Below, piece after piece: positions 1-11,343 of a DNA stretch of 64,000 bases. The stretch covers positions 817,443 through 881,442 of the forward strand of contig NW_027192191.1 of NCBI RefSeq assembly GCF_041956535.1, read 5' to 3'. Under the pieces are notes generated by a model that saw only the letters and a program-made list of their open reading frames with translations, did no database searches and was not told the DNA's origin. Source of the stretch: Calcarisporiella thermophila CBS 279.70. Its lineage: Eukaryota; Fungi; Calcarisporiellomycota. Positions within the stretch are counted from its first letter, which is position 1, and every line of letters starts with the position of its first letter. Both the position numbers and the translations under genes were made by a program.

Positions 1-99
1 ATTGATTAGTATTAATGGTGATGGATGAGAAGATTTGGTTATAATGTATTTATGTAGTTCAGGAATGCTAATTTATATAAAATTTTCAATTCTTTCATA

Positions 100-846
100 A
101 TAGCGCCTGGTTTAGTAACCTTGCTTATATGAATCAGAGGCAACAAACAAAGTTAAATACAATTGCTGACTAAAGGTTTGATTGCAGAGCTTGAAGAAAA
201 AAATCCTATTACGTGGTTACTTTAGCACATACTTACATTATAGACTTAAAAAAAAATATTGCTCAGAACTAAGTGTAGTGAGTGCTCATTCGTTATGCGA
301 TTGAAAACATCGATAATTTGGATTGACTTTGATTTCAGATGTGTTCGAATCGGATTAAAGCGTCACAATTGCTAGTGTTTGTATATATTGCTTTTTTCCC
401 CTCCTACTAGCAAGCATATTTCACCTTTAGCATCATCAAATTTAGCAGGACATATATAAGATTATTATTGTTTATTTGTTGATATTTTACCTATTCGATT
501 ATAATAGGATATATGTCAATGAGGGTGTTCACGGTGCCGCTTTTTTGATCATAAATAAGGGAAATAGCGCATTGTGATTGGACTAATGATTTTTAATAGC
601 CAGTTAAAATGGAAAATTTTGTTTTATATTAAGCAAAATAATCCGAATAAGCGGCAGCGTGAACACCCCCATGTCCAAGGCGGATTCTTGTATTTTTCGC
701 TGCTATTTTTCTCTAACTTTAGCCAATTTCAACTCGATAAAGTTGTGCCTGATTATAACACTGCGATACATTCAGCATTTCCATTCAATACCGATCTTTG
801 GTCAGAATTCAAAATTGATCGTGATTGCTTGGCTTCAGCTGTTTAA
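100..846 (+). CDS. possible 3' exons of an unidentified multi-exon gene entering from the left edge
   Basis: Series of short GT..AG-bounded segments ending in ...QFQLDKVVPDYNTAIHSAFPFNTDLWSEFKIDRDCLASAV* (stop 844-846); no family recognised. Confidence 0.25.
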
Positions 847-1280
847 CATATATCAAATTGAAAATATTAAAAATTTAAAATGAAACTATTTTAATACTTT
901 TTAGCAACTCCAACAACCCTTTATACTTATTTGTGTATGGAGTATATTAGAAAATATAGTGCACTCACAAGAGTGGTTATGCCTATGACACTTTGAAAAA
1001 GGCAAGGGCCAGTGTGTATAAAAGAAAACAAGGGTGCGTAAACTTATAACCGTACGGCCTTAGTTCAGCCTGACCATATTTCTAGACTAGCAAAACCGAT
1101 ATATATAACATAGAAATATTTATTTCACCTCCCTCTTACAATAAAAAGATTCTCTCTATCGCAACATATTAATTTTACAAAACAATAAAAATCGAAAATA
1201 TAATAAAAAGCCATGGTAAATGAAAAGCAATTTTCTCTTTAACACTCTAATCATCAATATCTGAAGACATATATCCCACA

Positions 1281-2560
1281 TCAAACCATACTCGAGAAGC
1301 ACTTCGAAAGCCCAATACACATTCCAACGATAAAGAGAAGCACACTCATATCCCGCCAGCACTGTTGATAGAGCGAACGATAACCTAAAATGAGCTGGAT
1401 ACTTGCAGTGACTGCTGGCGGAAGTACAGCTACCAACGTACGCATAATATCAGAGGTGATTTCCTTTGTCTTATAAAAAAAGTGATTTTAGAACAAATTC
1501 CATATATCCATCAAATGTATGAATAGGATGACATACTGGAAAAAATGCAATACTAGTCGATTGCAGGATTAATTCGATTGTAATAAACCACCAAAATATC
1601 GACTATTTGGGATAGAGTCACGGTAAGGATAAAAAATCTCTAGAACATCTGAAATATTTGTTGACTATACCGATGATGAAACTCTGTCGTCAAGGGGAAC
1701 TTCCTCTGGAGGAAACTGAGCTAGGAGTCCAAAGCGACGAATCCCTCCATTTTTTCTCAGGAGTTCACCTAATACTATCCATAGCCCCAGCAAAATTGCG
1801 ATTCCCAAATGTACGAATTTCCAATTCCTGGAAAACGACGATTCCTCCTTTTCAACCTGTGCGGTCTTTTGCCCTTCACTTCCAGTAGCGCCAAATAATC
1901 CGCTGTCAGGAGATATTCCAGCCAAATTGAAAAGCTGCTCTGGATTGAGAGTTCCCTGTGTTCTGTGATGTTCATTCAGCAATGCTTGCTGCTGAGTTTC
2001 CAGCTGTTCGCGAAAGACGCGAGCTTGTATAAGTAGATCATCCTCACTATCGCTAGGAGAGGGTGGATGTGTAGAAACAGAGGAGCGGCGAGGCAAGTTG
2101 CGAGTAATTGGAGATGCTTGCGCGAATGCTGTCGAATTCTGTCGTAGATCATCGATTGAGCTATTTTTCTCTGCCTTTTCCGCACCGTCCTGCGAGGCGG
2201 TAGATGAGGTTAAGTTTGACTGGCCAGACAGAGGGGTAGATGTAGAATCTAAATTAAAAACGTATTTAAATAAGTTTTTCAATGCTAAATTTGTTGATCA
2301 ACAGAAAATTTTGTCTTACCAGTCGCATTGGCAGTAGATGTTTGATTATTGTTGAATGAATGATCTCTAGGTGAGGAGGGCACTGAAGAAGCTGCAAGCA
2401 CAGCAGGGGCAGGCTGATTTAATTGAGAAGCAATTTCGGATTTTGCGTCCCCACGAGCTGTTGACGTAATACGACTCAATCGGTCGCCAGCAGAGGCTAA
2501 AATCCGACGTTGTCGTGCCTCGCGACGTTTTCTCAATTTCTCTTGCTCCGTCTCTGCCAT
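1281..2560 (-). CDS. GET2: GET complex subunit Get2/CAML (tail-anchored protein insertase), 4 exons
   Basis: N-terminal MAETEQEKLRKRREARQRRILASAGDRLSRIT motif typical of Get2/CAML; low-complexity linker; three C-terminal TM segments (HLGIAILLGLWIV, SIFWWFITIELILQS, WRDMSVLLFIVGMCIGL); canonical introns, e.g. 2319-2249. Confidence 0.85.
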
Positions 2561-2747
2561 CAATTAAACATGTAAAAGCATGTAAAAGAATTTCAACCCT
2601 ATAAAAATAATATTGTAGTATAATGGACTAAAAGCAAAATGGGGGTGACGTCTCGCACTGCGCCTCGAGAAGCAAACGAGAAGAGGAAAATGAGTAAAAA
2701 TTAATAATATTTATAAAATAATCTATTCCATATAAATAAACATCGCG

Positions 2748-4455
2748 ATGGATTCACCTAAGGTAAAGAAAATGACAGAGCAAAATGAAGCTGCAAATAC
2801 AACTGTAAAGGTTTGTAGATAATTACTTATTTCATTACAAATAATTTTTATCTAACCATCCGATCTCTCAATAGAAATCCCAAAAGGATATGACAAAAGC
2901 TGAGCGCCGTGCTCTTCAAGAAAAACAACGCGCAGAGAAAGCAGCACGTAAGGCCGCTACAGCACAACAACCAGTTGGACAGAAGTCTGCTGCAATCAAG
3001 CCGCCTACAAAACCAGGTGCTTCATCTGAACAAGCCAAACCTACCAAAGCCAAAACAGCATCAGTTAAACAAGAAGACGAAACTGAGGTGTCTCTTTTCT
3101 CTCACCTTGAAATTCCTAAAGGCCCAAACACTTCAAATCTTGCAGAGGATTTACATCCTGCCGTTGTATCGCTTGGTCTACAGTTTGCCCAATTTAAAAT
3201 TTGTGGTTCAAATGCACGTTGCATTGCAACCCTCACAGCTTTTAAAAAGGTTAGTACCCATATTGTTGCATTATATTAACTACTCATATTGCAAGCATTT
3301 TGTTGAAGTTTTACTTATGTTATATATATTTACTTGGATCTTCTTTAAGCTAATCCAAGATTATCGGACACCCCCTCACACCACTTTGAGCCGTCACCTC
3401 CCCACTTATCTCTCTCCGCAGATTGCATATCTTGTCCAGTGTCGCTCAATGTCGACGAGCATGGGCAATGCAATCCGTCAACTCAAATATGAGATTTCAA
3501 TTCTTGACATCGACATGCCTGATGAAGACGCAAAGACCCACCTCATTGAAAAGATTGACCTTTTTATTCGAGACCGCATAACAATGGCGGACACACTCAT
3601 TGTACAGATTGGAATGCAAAAGATCCAAAATGGCGATGTTATTATGACATATGGGAGGTCTTCCGTGGTCCAAGCATTATTACTTAGCGCCAAAAAGAAA
3701 GGTCTTAATTTCCGAGTAATTGTCGTAGACTCGAAGCCAAGATTTGAAGGTAACAATCAGCCAGCCCATATTATATTAACCCGAGACATTGGAAAAAAAA
3801 TTTTAAATGTTTTCTGCCTCTATATTTGATACTTTAGGCAAACAACTTCTACGGCAACTTTGTGATGCAGATATCAAATGCACATATGTGCAACTAAACG
3901 CAGTATCATTTGTAATGCCCGAAGTCACCAAGATATTCCTAGGGGCACATTCACTGCTTTCCAACGGTTCTCTATATGCTCGTGTTGGTACAGCAATGGT
4001 TGCAATGGCTGCTCACGATCAGAGAATTCCAGTCATTGTACTATGTGAGACATACAAGTTCACAGACCGAGTACAGCTTGATAGTATCGTTACAAATGAG
4101 CTTGGTATATTTCTTATTCACAATACTGATTTAAATACAACCCTTAAATTCTGTTTTGTTATTTTAAAATATTAGCACATCCTGAAGAGTTAATTCCCGA
4201 AGAAGATGCCCAGCTTACACGAGAGATAAAGAATCTTAATTTCATCAACCTTATGTATGACGTTACCCCATCAAAATATGTTACTGCTGTTATTACTGAA
4301 TTGGGGATTGTTCCTTGCACGAGTGTGCCTGTGGTAAGTGTTGTTTAAATTATTTTAAATTTCTGCTCATAAATATCTATTCTCTTAACACCTAATGCCA
4401 TTTTTATTTTCATTTATTTCAGGTCTTGCGTGAATATAAACCGATGCTTCAATAA
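2748..4455 (+). CDS. GCD2: translation initiation factor eIF2B delta subunit, multi-exon
   Basis: [104 protein letters not shown]. Confidence 0.93.
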
Positions 4456-4698
4456 AAAAGATGTCTGGCTCTTTTTGCATGCATAATGATTTCCCTAGTT
4501 TTTATTTCTTTGATTTGTTTTCGTTTCTATTTTAGAATTTGAAGCAAGGGATCAATCTTAAATTTCTGTCAAACTATTTAAAAATATAATCATTCCACTG
4601 AGGCTGCGTCATCGAATTTATGCATTTGATTTCGCGTTTTTCGGGCACTTTTTCTCACCTTTCTTTCTGTCGCCATTCGTTTATATTACTAAAAGAAA

Positions 4699-6080
4699 AT
4701 GCAAGCTCTTCGCAGGTCAATTGCTCTTGCCCCTCGCCTTACCCGCCCTCTTCTGGCCTCAGTTGCACCCAAGACTCTTCCAGTTGCTCGTCCAACCAGT
4801 TTACTTAGACCTCTAGCCACTCGCTCTTTTTCGGTCTCGGGAATTGCGCGCAATGACAGCGATGGATCCTGGGACGACTGCTATGTTGCTCAGGTGCAGC
4901 ATCCGGCACCATACTGGAAGGTTGATATCCCCGATTTATGTAACAATGAATTTACAATATTAAAATTGCTTTATACAATTGCATTTCTTTTTCTCCTTAT
5001 GAATAATTTAACTAGGCCAAGGCAGTAGTAGACGGTGAGTTCAAGGTTATTAATCTCAATGATTATAAGGGCAAATTCCTGGTTATGCTATTCTATGTAA
5101 GTGAAATCTTGATATCGCTTTTAATAGTTCATGTCCTCACTTAATTTTTCCAAACTTGCAGCCCGCTGATTTTACCTTTGGTATGTGTTGTTGGTGATTA
5201 AATATTTTTATATATACTTATTCCAACTTTTCCAACATTCTTCAGTTTGCCCAACTGAACTCATTGCCTTCAAGTAAGCAATTCTTACATTTTTTTTCTC
5301 TAATATCTTTGTCTGAATAATTGGTTTTTAGTGACCGGCTTGAGGAATTTAAAAAACTCAACTGCGAAGTTGTCGGTATTTCCGTTGACAATGAGCATTC
5401 GCATCTCGCATGGATGTGCGTATATTTTGATTCTTTTTATGTTCTGTCCAATATCTAAATATGCTTATATTACTGTAGTAACACTCCAAGGAAACAAGGT
5501 GGTTTGGGCAAGATTAAGTGAGTATTTATTTTTTGGAATATTCTTACATTTTTCTGCTTACATGCTTTCTTATTTCGATTTTTGTACATTTAGCTATCCT
5601 CTAGGTAAGCAAAATGGTTGCAAACATTTTTAAATCATTTAATGACCTTGTTCCTATAGTTTCGGATCTGACCAAGAGTATCTCACAGGATTATGGTGTG
5701 CTAATCCCTGAATCTGGACTTGCTCTTCGGTATTAAGGGAAAAAATAAGCCTATAATTACTGGTCATTATTAATAAATTTATCATTTTGTAGAGGTCTCT
5801 TTGTCATCGACCCTAAGCAGGTAGTCCGCGTTATGCATATCCATGATTTGCCTATAGGCAGGTCGGTAGATGAGACTCTCCGTGTGATTGAAGCGATCAC
5901 ATTCACCGACAAACACGGTGAGGTTTGGTAAATATCCTTATTTGCATTCGTGGAGTTAGAAGAAGAAGCTTAATATCTGATTTTAATATACTTAGCCCTG
6001 CCAACTGGAAGAAAGGTGACAAGACGATAAAGCCAAATCCTAAGGACTCAAAGGAATATTTTTCGCAAGTCTCCGAATAG
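4699..6080 (+). CDS. TSA1: typical 2-Cys peroxiredoxin (AhpC/TSA family) with mitochondrial presequence; many short exons
   Basis: Spliced FYPADFTFVCPTE (peroxidatic Cys), [30 protein letters not shown] (resolving Cys codon split by an intron); Arg/Ser-rich N-terminus. Confidence 0.92.
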
Positions 6081-6599
6081 CTAATTAAAGTTAATACAAC
6101 GATAAAAAATATACATATCTGAAATAAAAAAGATCTTTATATTAGTTAAGGAAAAATCTATAGAATAAATTAAACTCATTCTTTAGTAGTTATATTTTCA
6201 TTCTATTCAGTTTCTCTCATTAAAAAAATGAATGTTAGTAACTTTCAAACAGAATCTCTCAGCCACTCTTCCTGCCCTACTAACGAGCTGATGTTTTATA
6301 AGTTGTTAAGAATTGAATCAAAACTGGCGCTACTTTATTAATATCTTATCACTAGCGTGCGTCATATTATTACGATACGTGGCAATCTGACTTTTCCCTA
6401 AGGAAAACTTGATAAACAAAGTGGCTCTAATAAACACACGTATTACTAGAGTTTACTTAAAATAATTGCTTATTTGCCAACTGCTATTAATGAAAATTTG
6501 ACTCTATTTGAGGACTGCTTTATTATCGACGTAATCCGAGGCATTATTACAATAAGTTGAGGATTCACATAGTTAGAAATTTAAACGCGAACAGAGAAC

Positions 6600-8256
6600 A
6601 TGTCAGCAAGAGGATCAAAAGTAGTGTTTGGTAAGAGAGTTGATTACTCTGTTTTTTTTTTATACACCACGATTAATTAGTGTCCAATTTTTCAAACTCC
6701 AGTCGGAAATATACCCTATGATCTGACAGAGGAGCAACTGACCGAAATCTTTCAAGAGGTGGGACCTGTGCAATCCTTTCGGTATACTGACATTATCTAT
6801 AATATTTATTGTGAGCTACGCTGATAAGTTTTTTTTTTGACATCAAGGCTAGTGTTTGATAAAATGACCGGAAAACCACGAGGATTCGGATTCTGCGAGT
6901 ACTATGATCCTGAGACTGCCGCGAGTGCTGTTAGAAATTATAGGCTCTGCCAAAAACTAGATTTAATTGAATATCCTTTTTTCTCTTGCGTTTTTATATT
7001 CTTAAACTTTGGCAAGCTGAGAATTATCAGCAGTCTCTCTGGACAAGAACGAACGCATTTTCACATACTCCAATCCCTATTTTTACGTTTTCAGGATATG
7101 GATATGTTTGGATAAGTTGGAGGAACGAAGAATAATTTTCTTTGCGGTTCCTACCAAATTTTTTTGCTTTTTTGATCATTATTGTTCTGTTTCTGGCTTT
7201 ATAATTTGGCCTTATACTGAACAATTATGATGTAGGAGGTCGACAGCTACGCGTAGACTACGCAGAGTTCGATTCTACTACCGGTGAAAGTGTTCCGTCA
7301 CAAGAGAGCGAGGTTTGTAGGCTTTTCTGGCTGACCCTGATCGTAGCATTCAGAATTAAACTTTTAGAGATTTTAATTAGTCGCGAGCAACTCCACCTGT
7401 CTTCCAACAACAGCAATCAACGCCAAGCTCAATTGGCTCTGCATCTACTCCAACACCCATGCCCACAACCGCTAGTCAATCGGCAACCGATTCTATCTCA
7501 CAGACATTAGCGGCAATGAACCCTACTCAGCTTTACGAACTAATATCTCAGATGAAAGTACGAGTTAATTTGCAACATAGATAGATTATTTATCATACTT
7601 CTACATTAATTTTTTGATATTGATGCTACTTTAATCAGTCCCTTGTACAGTCAGCGCCTGATCAAGCACGAAACCTCCTTACTCAAAATCCCCAGCTTTC
7701 ATATGCCATTTTCCAGGCAATGCTTATGATGAATCTAGTCGATGCTTCAGTATTACAGGTACGTCCGACTGACTCATTGAAAATATATAAAGTCTGTTAA
7801 CTATTTGAATATTATAGAGAGTGCTTGTATCCACACAGCAACCACCTGTTGCTGCTGCAGTCCCTCCAGGTTATCAAGGAGTTGATCCTGCAATTGGAGG
7901 TTATACCCCACAGCCCGCACCAGTTGCAGCAGCTCCTCCTCCTGCATCACTTTTATCAGGACTTCCGGGTGCATCGGCTGGTGCAGGACAAGATGTAGAA
8001 CAGCATAAGGTTAGGAAATAGTTCATTATTTCCCACGGATGCAAACATTTGACTCAACATATATGGATATAGGCTCTGCTAATGCAGGTGTTGAGTTTAA
8101 CTCCACAACAAATTGATATGTTACCTCCTGAGCAGCGTCAAATGGTGATGCAGTTGGTAAAGTATCCCGTTATAATGGTTTATTGTATAGAACGGCTTAT
8201 CTAATTCTTACTGCATATACGAGTAGAAAGCACAGATAATGGCAGGACAAACTTAA
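6600..8256 (+). CDS. RNA15: cleavage stimulation factor 64 kDa / Rna15 (RRM + hinge + C-terminal domain)
   Basis: [43 protein letters not shown]|[17 protein letters not shown], hinge [24 protein letters not shown]-terminal [22 protein letters not shown]. Confidence 0.93.
6940..7217 (+). other. non-canonical AT-AC intron in RNA15 (278 nt)
   Basis: The conserved AVRNLNNY is only restored by AAT T|ATAGGC...CCTTATAC|TG AAC; no GT-AG or GC-AG solution found. Confidence 0.75.
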
Positions 8257-8698
8257 GCGGGATTTAGTACTTATAATCATCGTTATCTAAAACTTTTTTT
8301 TGTAAAATGTTAACATGGTTTCTAAAAATTTGAACTTTTTGCTCAAAATAGTTCAATACAAGCATTCATAAAAGAGCACAGTTTGGATTATTACCAAATA
8401 TCTATTAATATATATAAATCTGAAATATAATAAGCAGAAGTCAAAAGCAACATGTAGAAAAGAAAAAACCCCTCCAGATCAATATTGGAAAAAATAGAAA
8501 AATGTCGTTTCTTTCCATATTATATATCGACGAATCAAGTAAGATAAAACCTAAAAGGTTAAAATAAGATTAACAAAGAAAAAAAAATCCAAATAAGAGA
8601 AAATAGCACAACACTAGAATGTGTAGAAAGAAAAATATGAGTTTTTTTCTGGATATATACGATAAAAAACGATTTTAAAAAAGAAAAACTCTATTTAA

Positions 8699-9775
8699 TT
8701 AATGATGGCGACCATTCTCTTTTGTCTCTTCGTCTGTCTCTAGCCGTGATGAATCCACTCTCACATTACTTAATTTAGTGGGTACGGGTTCGTAGGCCTT
8801 TGCAGGCTCATCCGGCTTTGAATATAGGTAGGTGGCAATAAGCACGAAGCTTGCACCACTCAAAAAGTGTAAACTGAGGTGAAAATCAAGAAAGATGATG
8901 GAGAAAATACACGATACAATAATCGAGATGGAAGTAGCAAAACCTTTGAGAATGTTGTCAGCATATTTAACAACAAGCGCGACGATGATGCCACCAAGTG
9001 CCTGGCATAGAATAGCCGCCCATACGATGGGATTGTAGCCGTAAAAGAAACCGTCGTTCATGACTTTGTCTCCTTGAGTCCAAAGCACTCCAACAAAGAG
9101 GGCAGGGAACAAGGAGAAAAAGGAGAGCTGTACATTGCGGATCCAGAGTGAAGCGCTTGTGCCTTTTAACACCTTTTCAAAGTATACACCAGCAAGACCA
9201 GAGATGATGCAAGCTGTAATAACACAAATTAATCCCATTGTCGAATCTGTGTGATGGGCGATCGGCTCATCGTCAGATTTTTTATCATCGGCTGAAAGTT
9301 GAACGAGAGCAACTCCAACCGTTAACAGGACCAGTGAAAACCACTTGAAGCCCGTAAGACGTTTGTTAAGCATGATAACGGAGCATAATGCGGTAGTTAG
9401 AATTTTTAGCTGATAGGTGACTTGGAAAGTGGCGGCATCTAACAAATCCGCCGCTAAATATTGAAGGTTGTTCTGCACTGTATAAAGTGCCGCAGGAATC
9501 ATAAGCTTCCAAGCATCTGGTCCAAACACTTCGCTGTATAACTCTGATGCGGAGAATCGGCCTTTCTCCTTGATTTGGAGCCGTGCAGATGCGACAAGAC
9601 AGATGGTGAGCTTGATGATCTCATTCATGAGTACAGCGGTTGTTGTGTAATAAGCGGGGCCATCAATGGTGCGAGAATATCTCAAGATAAGTGCTAGCAT
9701 AGAGTTCTGCAATATAAGGGTCACTAATGAGATGTACTTTAGTGGCACCCCTCCAAATGTTGATGTGCCTGACAT
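8699..9775 (-). CDS. gms1: UDP-galactose / nucleotide-sugar transporter (SLC35A family), coding region intronless
   Basis: LKYISLVTLILQNS, IPAALYTVQNNLQY, TFQVTYQLKILTTA, GLAGVYFEKVLK, VVKYADNILKGFATS. Confidence 0.92.
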   Translation of the reverse strand: MSGTSTFGGVPLKYISLVTLILQNSMLALILRYSRTIDGPAYYTTTAVLMNEIIKLTICLVASARLQIKEKGRFSASELYSEVFGPDAWKLMIPAALYTVQNNLQYLAADLLDAATFQVTYQLKILTTALCSVIMLNKRLTGFKWFSLVLLTVGVALVQLSADDKKSDDEPIAHHTDSTMGLICVITACIISGLAGVYFEKVLKGTSASLWIRNVQLSFFSLFPALFVGVLWTQGDKVMNDGFFYGYNPIVWAAILCQALGGIIVALVVKYADNILKGFATSISIIVSCIFSIIFLDFHLSLHFLSGASFVLIATYLYSKPDEPAKAYEPVPTKLSNVRVDSSRLETDEETKENGRHH

Positions 9776-9962
9776 TGTACTGGATTATGTAGAATAATAT
9801 AAAACTATATACGGATAGTGTGAGGGGTTGATAAATAGGAAGTATAAAAGGAAAAAGAAGGGAGAGTTCTAAGCAAGTTGAAATCACAATGAATTGAAAG
9901 AATTGAATTGTTTGATGATTTTAAAAGGGTAAAATAAAAATGTCAATGTGTTTCGCAAAGAT

Positions 9963-10263
9963 ATTTTTAACTAATTTGCTGAGCCACTCCTTAGCACCAG
10001 TCGCAACACTGAAAAGAGTTTTGATTTACTAGGTGAAAAGCTTTTAACTAGAGAAACCTAGAATTGCTATTGCCTTTTAGCTTCATTTTAAAGTAAAGTG
10101 TGGGTGGACGACTATTTTTAACTAGTTTGGTGAGCCGCTCCTTAGCATCAGTTGTAACACTGAAAGAGTTTTGAATTACTAGGTGGAAAGCTTTTAACAA
10201 GGGAAGCCTATAACTTCCGTTGCCTTTTAGCTTCATTTTAAAGCAACGTGCGTGTGGACAAGA
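9963..10263. repeat. two-copy tandem direct repeat, ~151-bp unit, diverged
   Basis: 9963-10113 and 10114-~10263 align along their length (shared TGAGCC.CTCCTTAGCA, AGAGTTTTGA.TTACTAGGTG.AAAGCTTTTAAC, TTGCCTTTTAGCTTCATTTTAAAG, GTGGAC). Confidence 0.9.
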
Positions 10264-10774
10264 CTAAAAACAAATTTAGGGATATAGTCTAGAATTTAAC
10301 TAAAGGGGAAAGATAGGTGAAAAATAAATTTATTAAAATATAGATATTTTGAAAACGACCGAGAGTCACGAACCTATAAATCAAATAGATAGTTAACCAA
10401 CTGGTCATTGTTTGAATATTTAAAGAAAAACATTTGGGCATTCAGTAATTATTTAGTCTCATTTCGTTGAACCCGCATGATGAACCAGGCATAGTTCGCG
10501 GTGAACAACACTCAATCGCAAATTACAACCATCATTATAACATTATTTTTATAAATGCAGGAATATGCTTACCCAAAGTTCATTCTGTAGTGGGAATTGA
10601 AATAAAAAAGAAAATATTACATTAAGAAAAGAGAGGTGAATAAGAGAGTTTTAAAGTTGTTTACTATTTATACCATAGGGCTGCGCCATGACTCCTAACG
10701 GAGTATAAATTATAACTTTGGCTTTGCTAGTGCACGAAGCCTTGAGATAGCTATAGCTCTCAACACGAATTTAG

Positions 10775-10817
10775 GCAGTGATAGAAGAAGTTATAATATA
10801 ACTTCTTCTATCACTGC
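10775..10817. repeat. perfect inverted repeat, 21-bp arms, 1-nt spacer
   Basis: GCAGTGATAGAAGAAGTTATA-A-TATAACTTCTTCTATCACTGC. Confidence 0.95.
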
Positions 10818-11106
10818 TTGCAAACAAATATAAGCCATATTGTATTATAGTGGCTATACATGAAATTTTTTTTAAAAAAAGAGGTAATTATCCAAAAGAA
10901 AGTAAGAGCATTAAATAACGGCTTCCACCTCTGCTTCATGCTTCAATCCTCTTCAAGCTCTCGCGCAAGCGGGCATTATATTCTGCAAGTTTCGTGAGTA
11001 ATTTTTATCAATCCTTTCACACCTTCTCTATTCATTCCAATCTTTTTCCTTGAGAAATCTACAATATCTTCAGAGCTAATGTTTTAATCCTATTCACATA
11101 TACACT

Positions 11107-11274
11107 ATGATATCAAGGTTGGATGACAGTGAGGACCATCCCAGTATATGTACTCTGTTGTTCTTAAGCTATGTTTTGGTGATCGTGACAGTGGTTGTGG
11201 CCTTGTCATATTGCAAACTCCAGTCCACTATCTCTACGTATCTCTTTGAGACTACTAAATGTCGCAGGCTGTAA
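11107..11274 (+). other. candidate uORF / small single-TM protein (55 aa) in the putative TSC10 leader
   Basis: MISRLDDSEDHPSICTLLFLSYVLVIVTVVVALSYCKLQSTISTYLFETTKCRRL*; lies between apparent introns at ~10995-11073 (GTGAGT..CAG) and ~11282-11330 (GTAAGT..TAG). Confidence 0.3.
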
Positions 11275-11343
11275 TTGGCTGGTAAGTCTTGTCAGATTAA
11301 ATTTAACATAAATTCTATATGATTCCTAGCTAGATTCATTGAA

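Noticed and set aside
5933-5942. U12 donor-like ATATCCTTA in the peroxiredoxin gene
   Set aside because: Lies inside a normal GT-AG intron that already restores VCPANW.
4699-6080. Selenoprotein (Sec-AhpC), as known in some early-diverging fungi
   Set aside because: Both catalytic positions are Cys codons (TGC; the second is split by an intron); no in-frame TGA and no convincing SECIS.
6939-7216. MITE insertion with a TA target duplication disrupting RNA15
   Set aside because: Removing one TA copy does not restore the frame, the terminal repeats are short and imperfect, and the gene is otherwise intact and normally essential; an AT-AC intron fits better, though insertion is not fully excluded.
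9963-10263. CRISPR array or LTR pair
   Set aside because: Only two adjacent 151-bp units, with no spacers, cas genes or internal domain; eukaryotic context.
10477-10600. C/D box snoRNA starting at ATGATGA
   Set aside because: No suitably placed CTGA D box or terminal stem found.
11107-11274. Serine palmitoyltransferase small subunit (ssSPT/Tsc3) next to TSC10
   Set aside because: Size and TM segment fit, but the LEPWE-type motif is absent.
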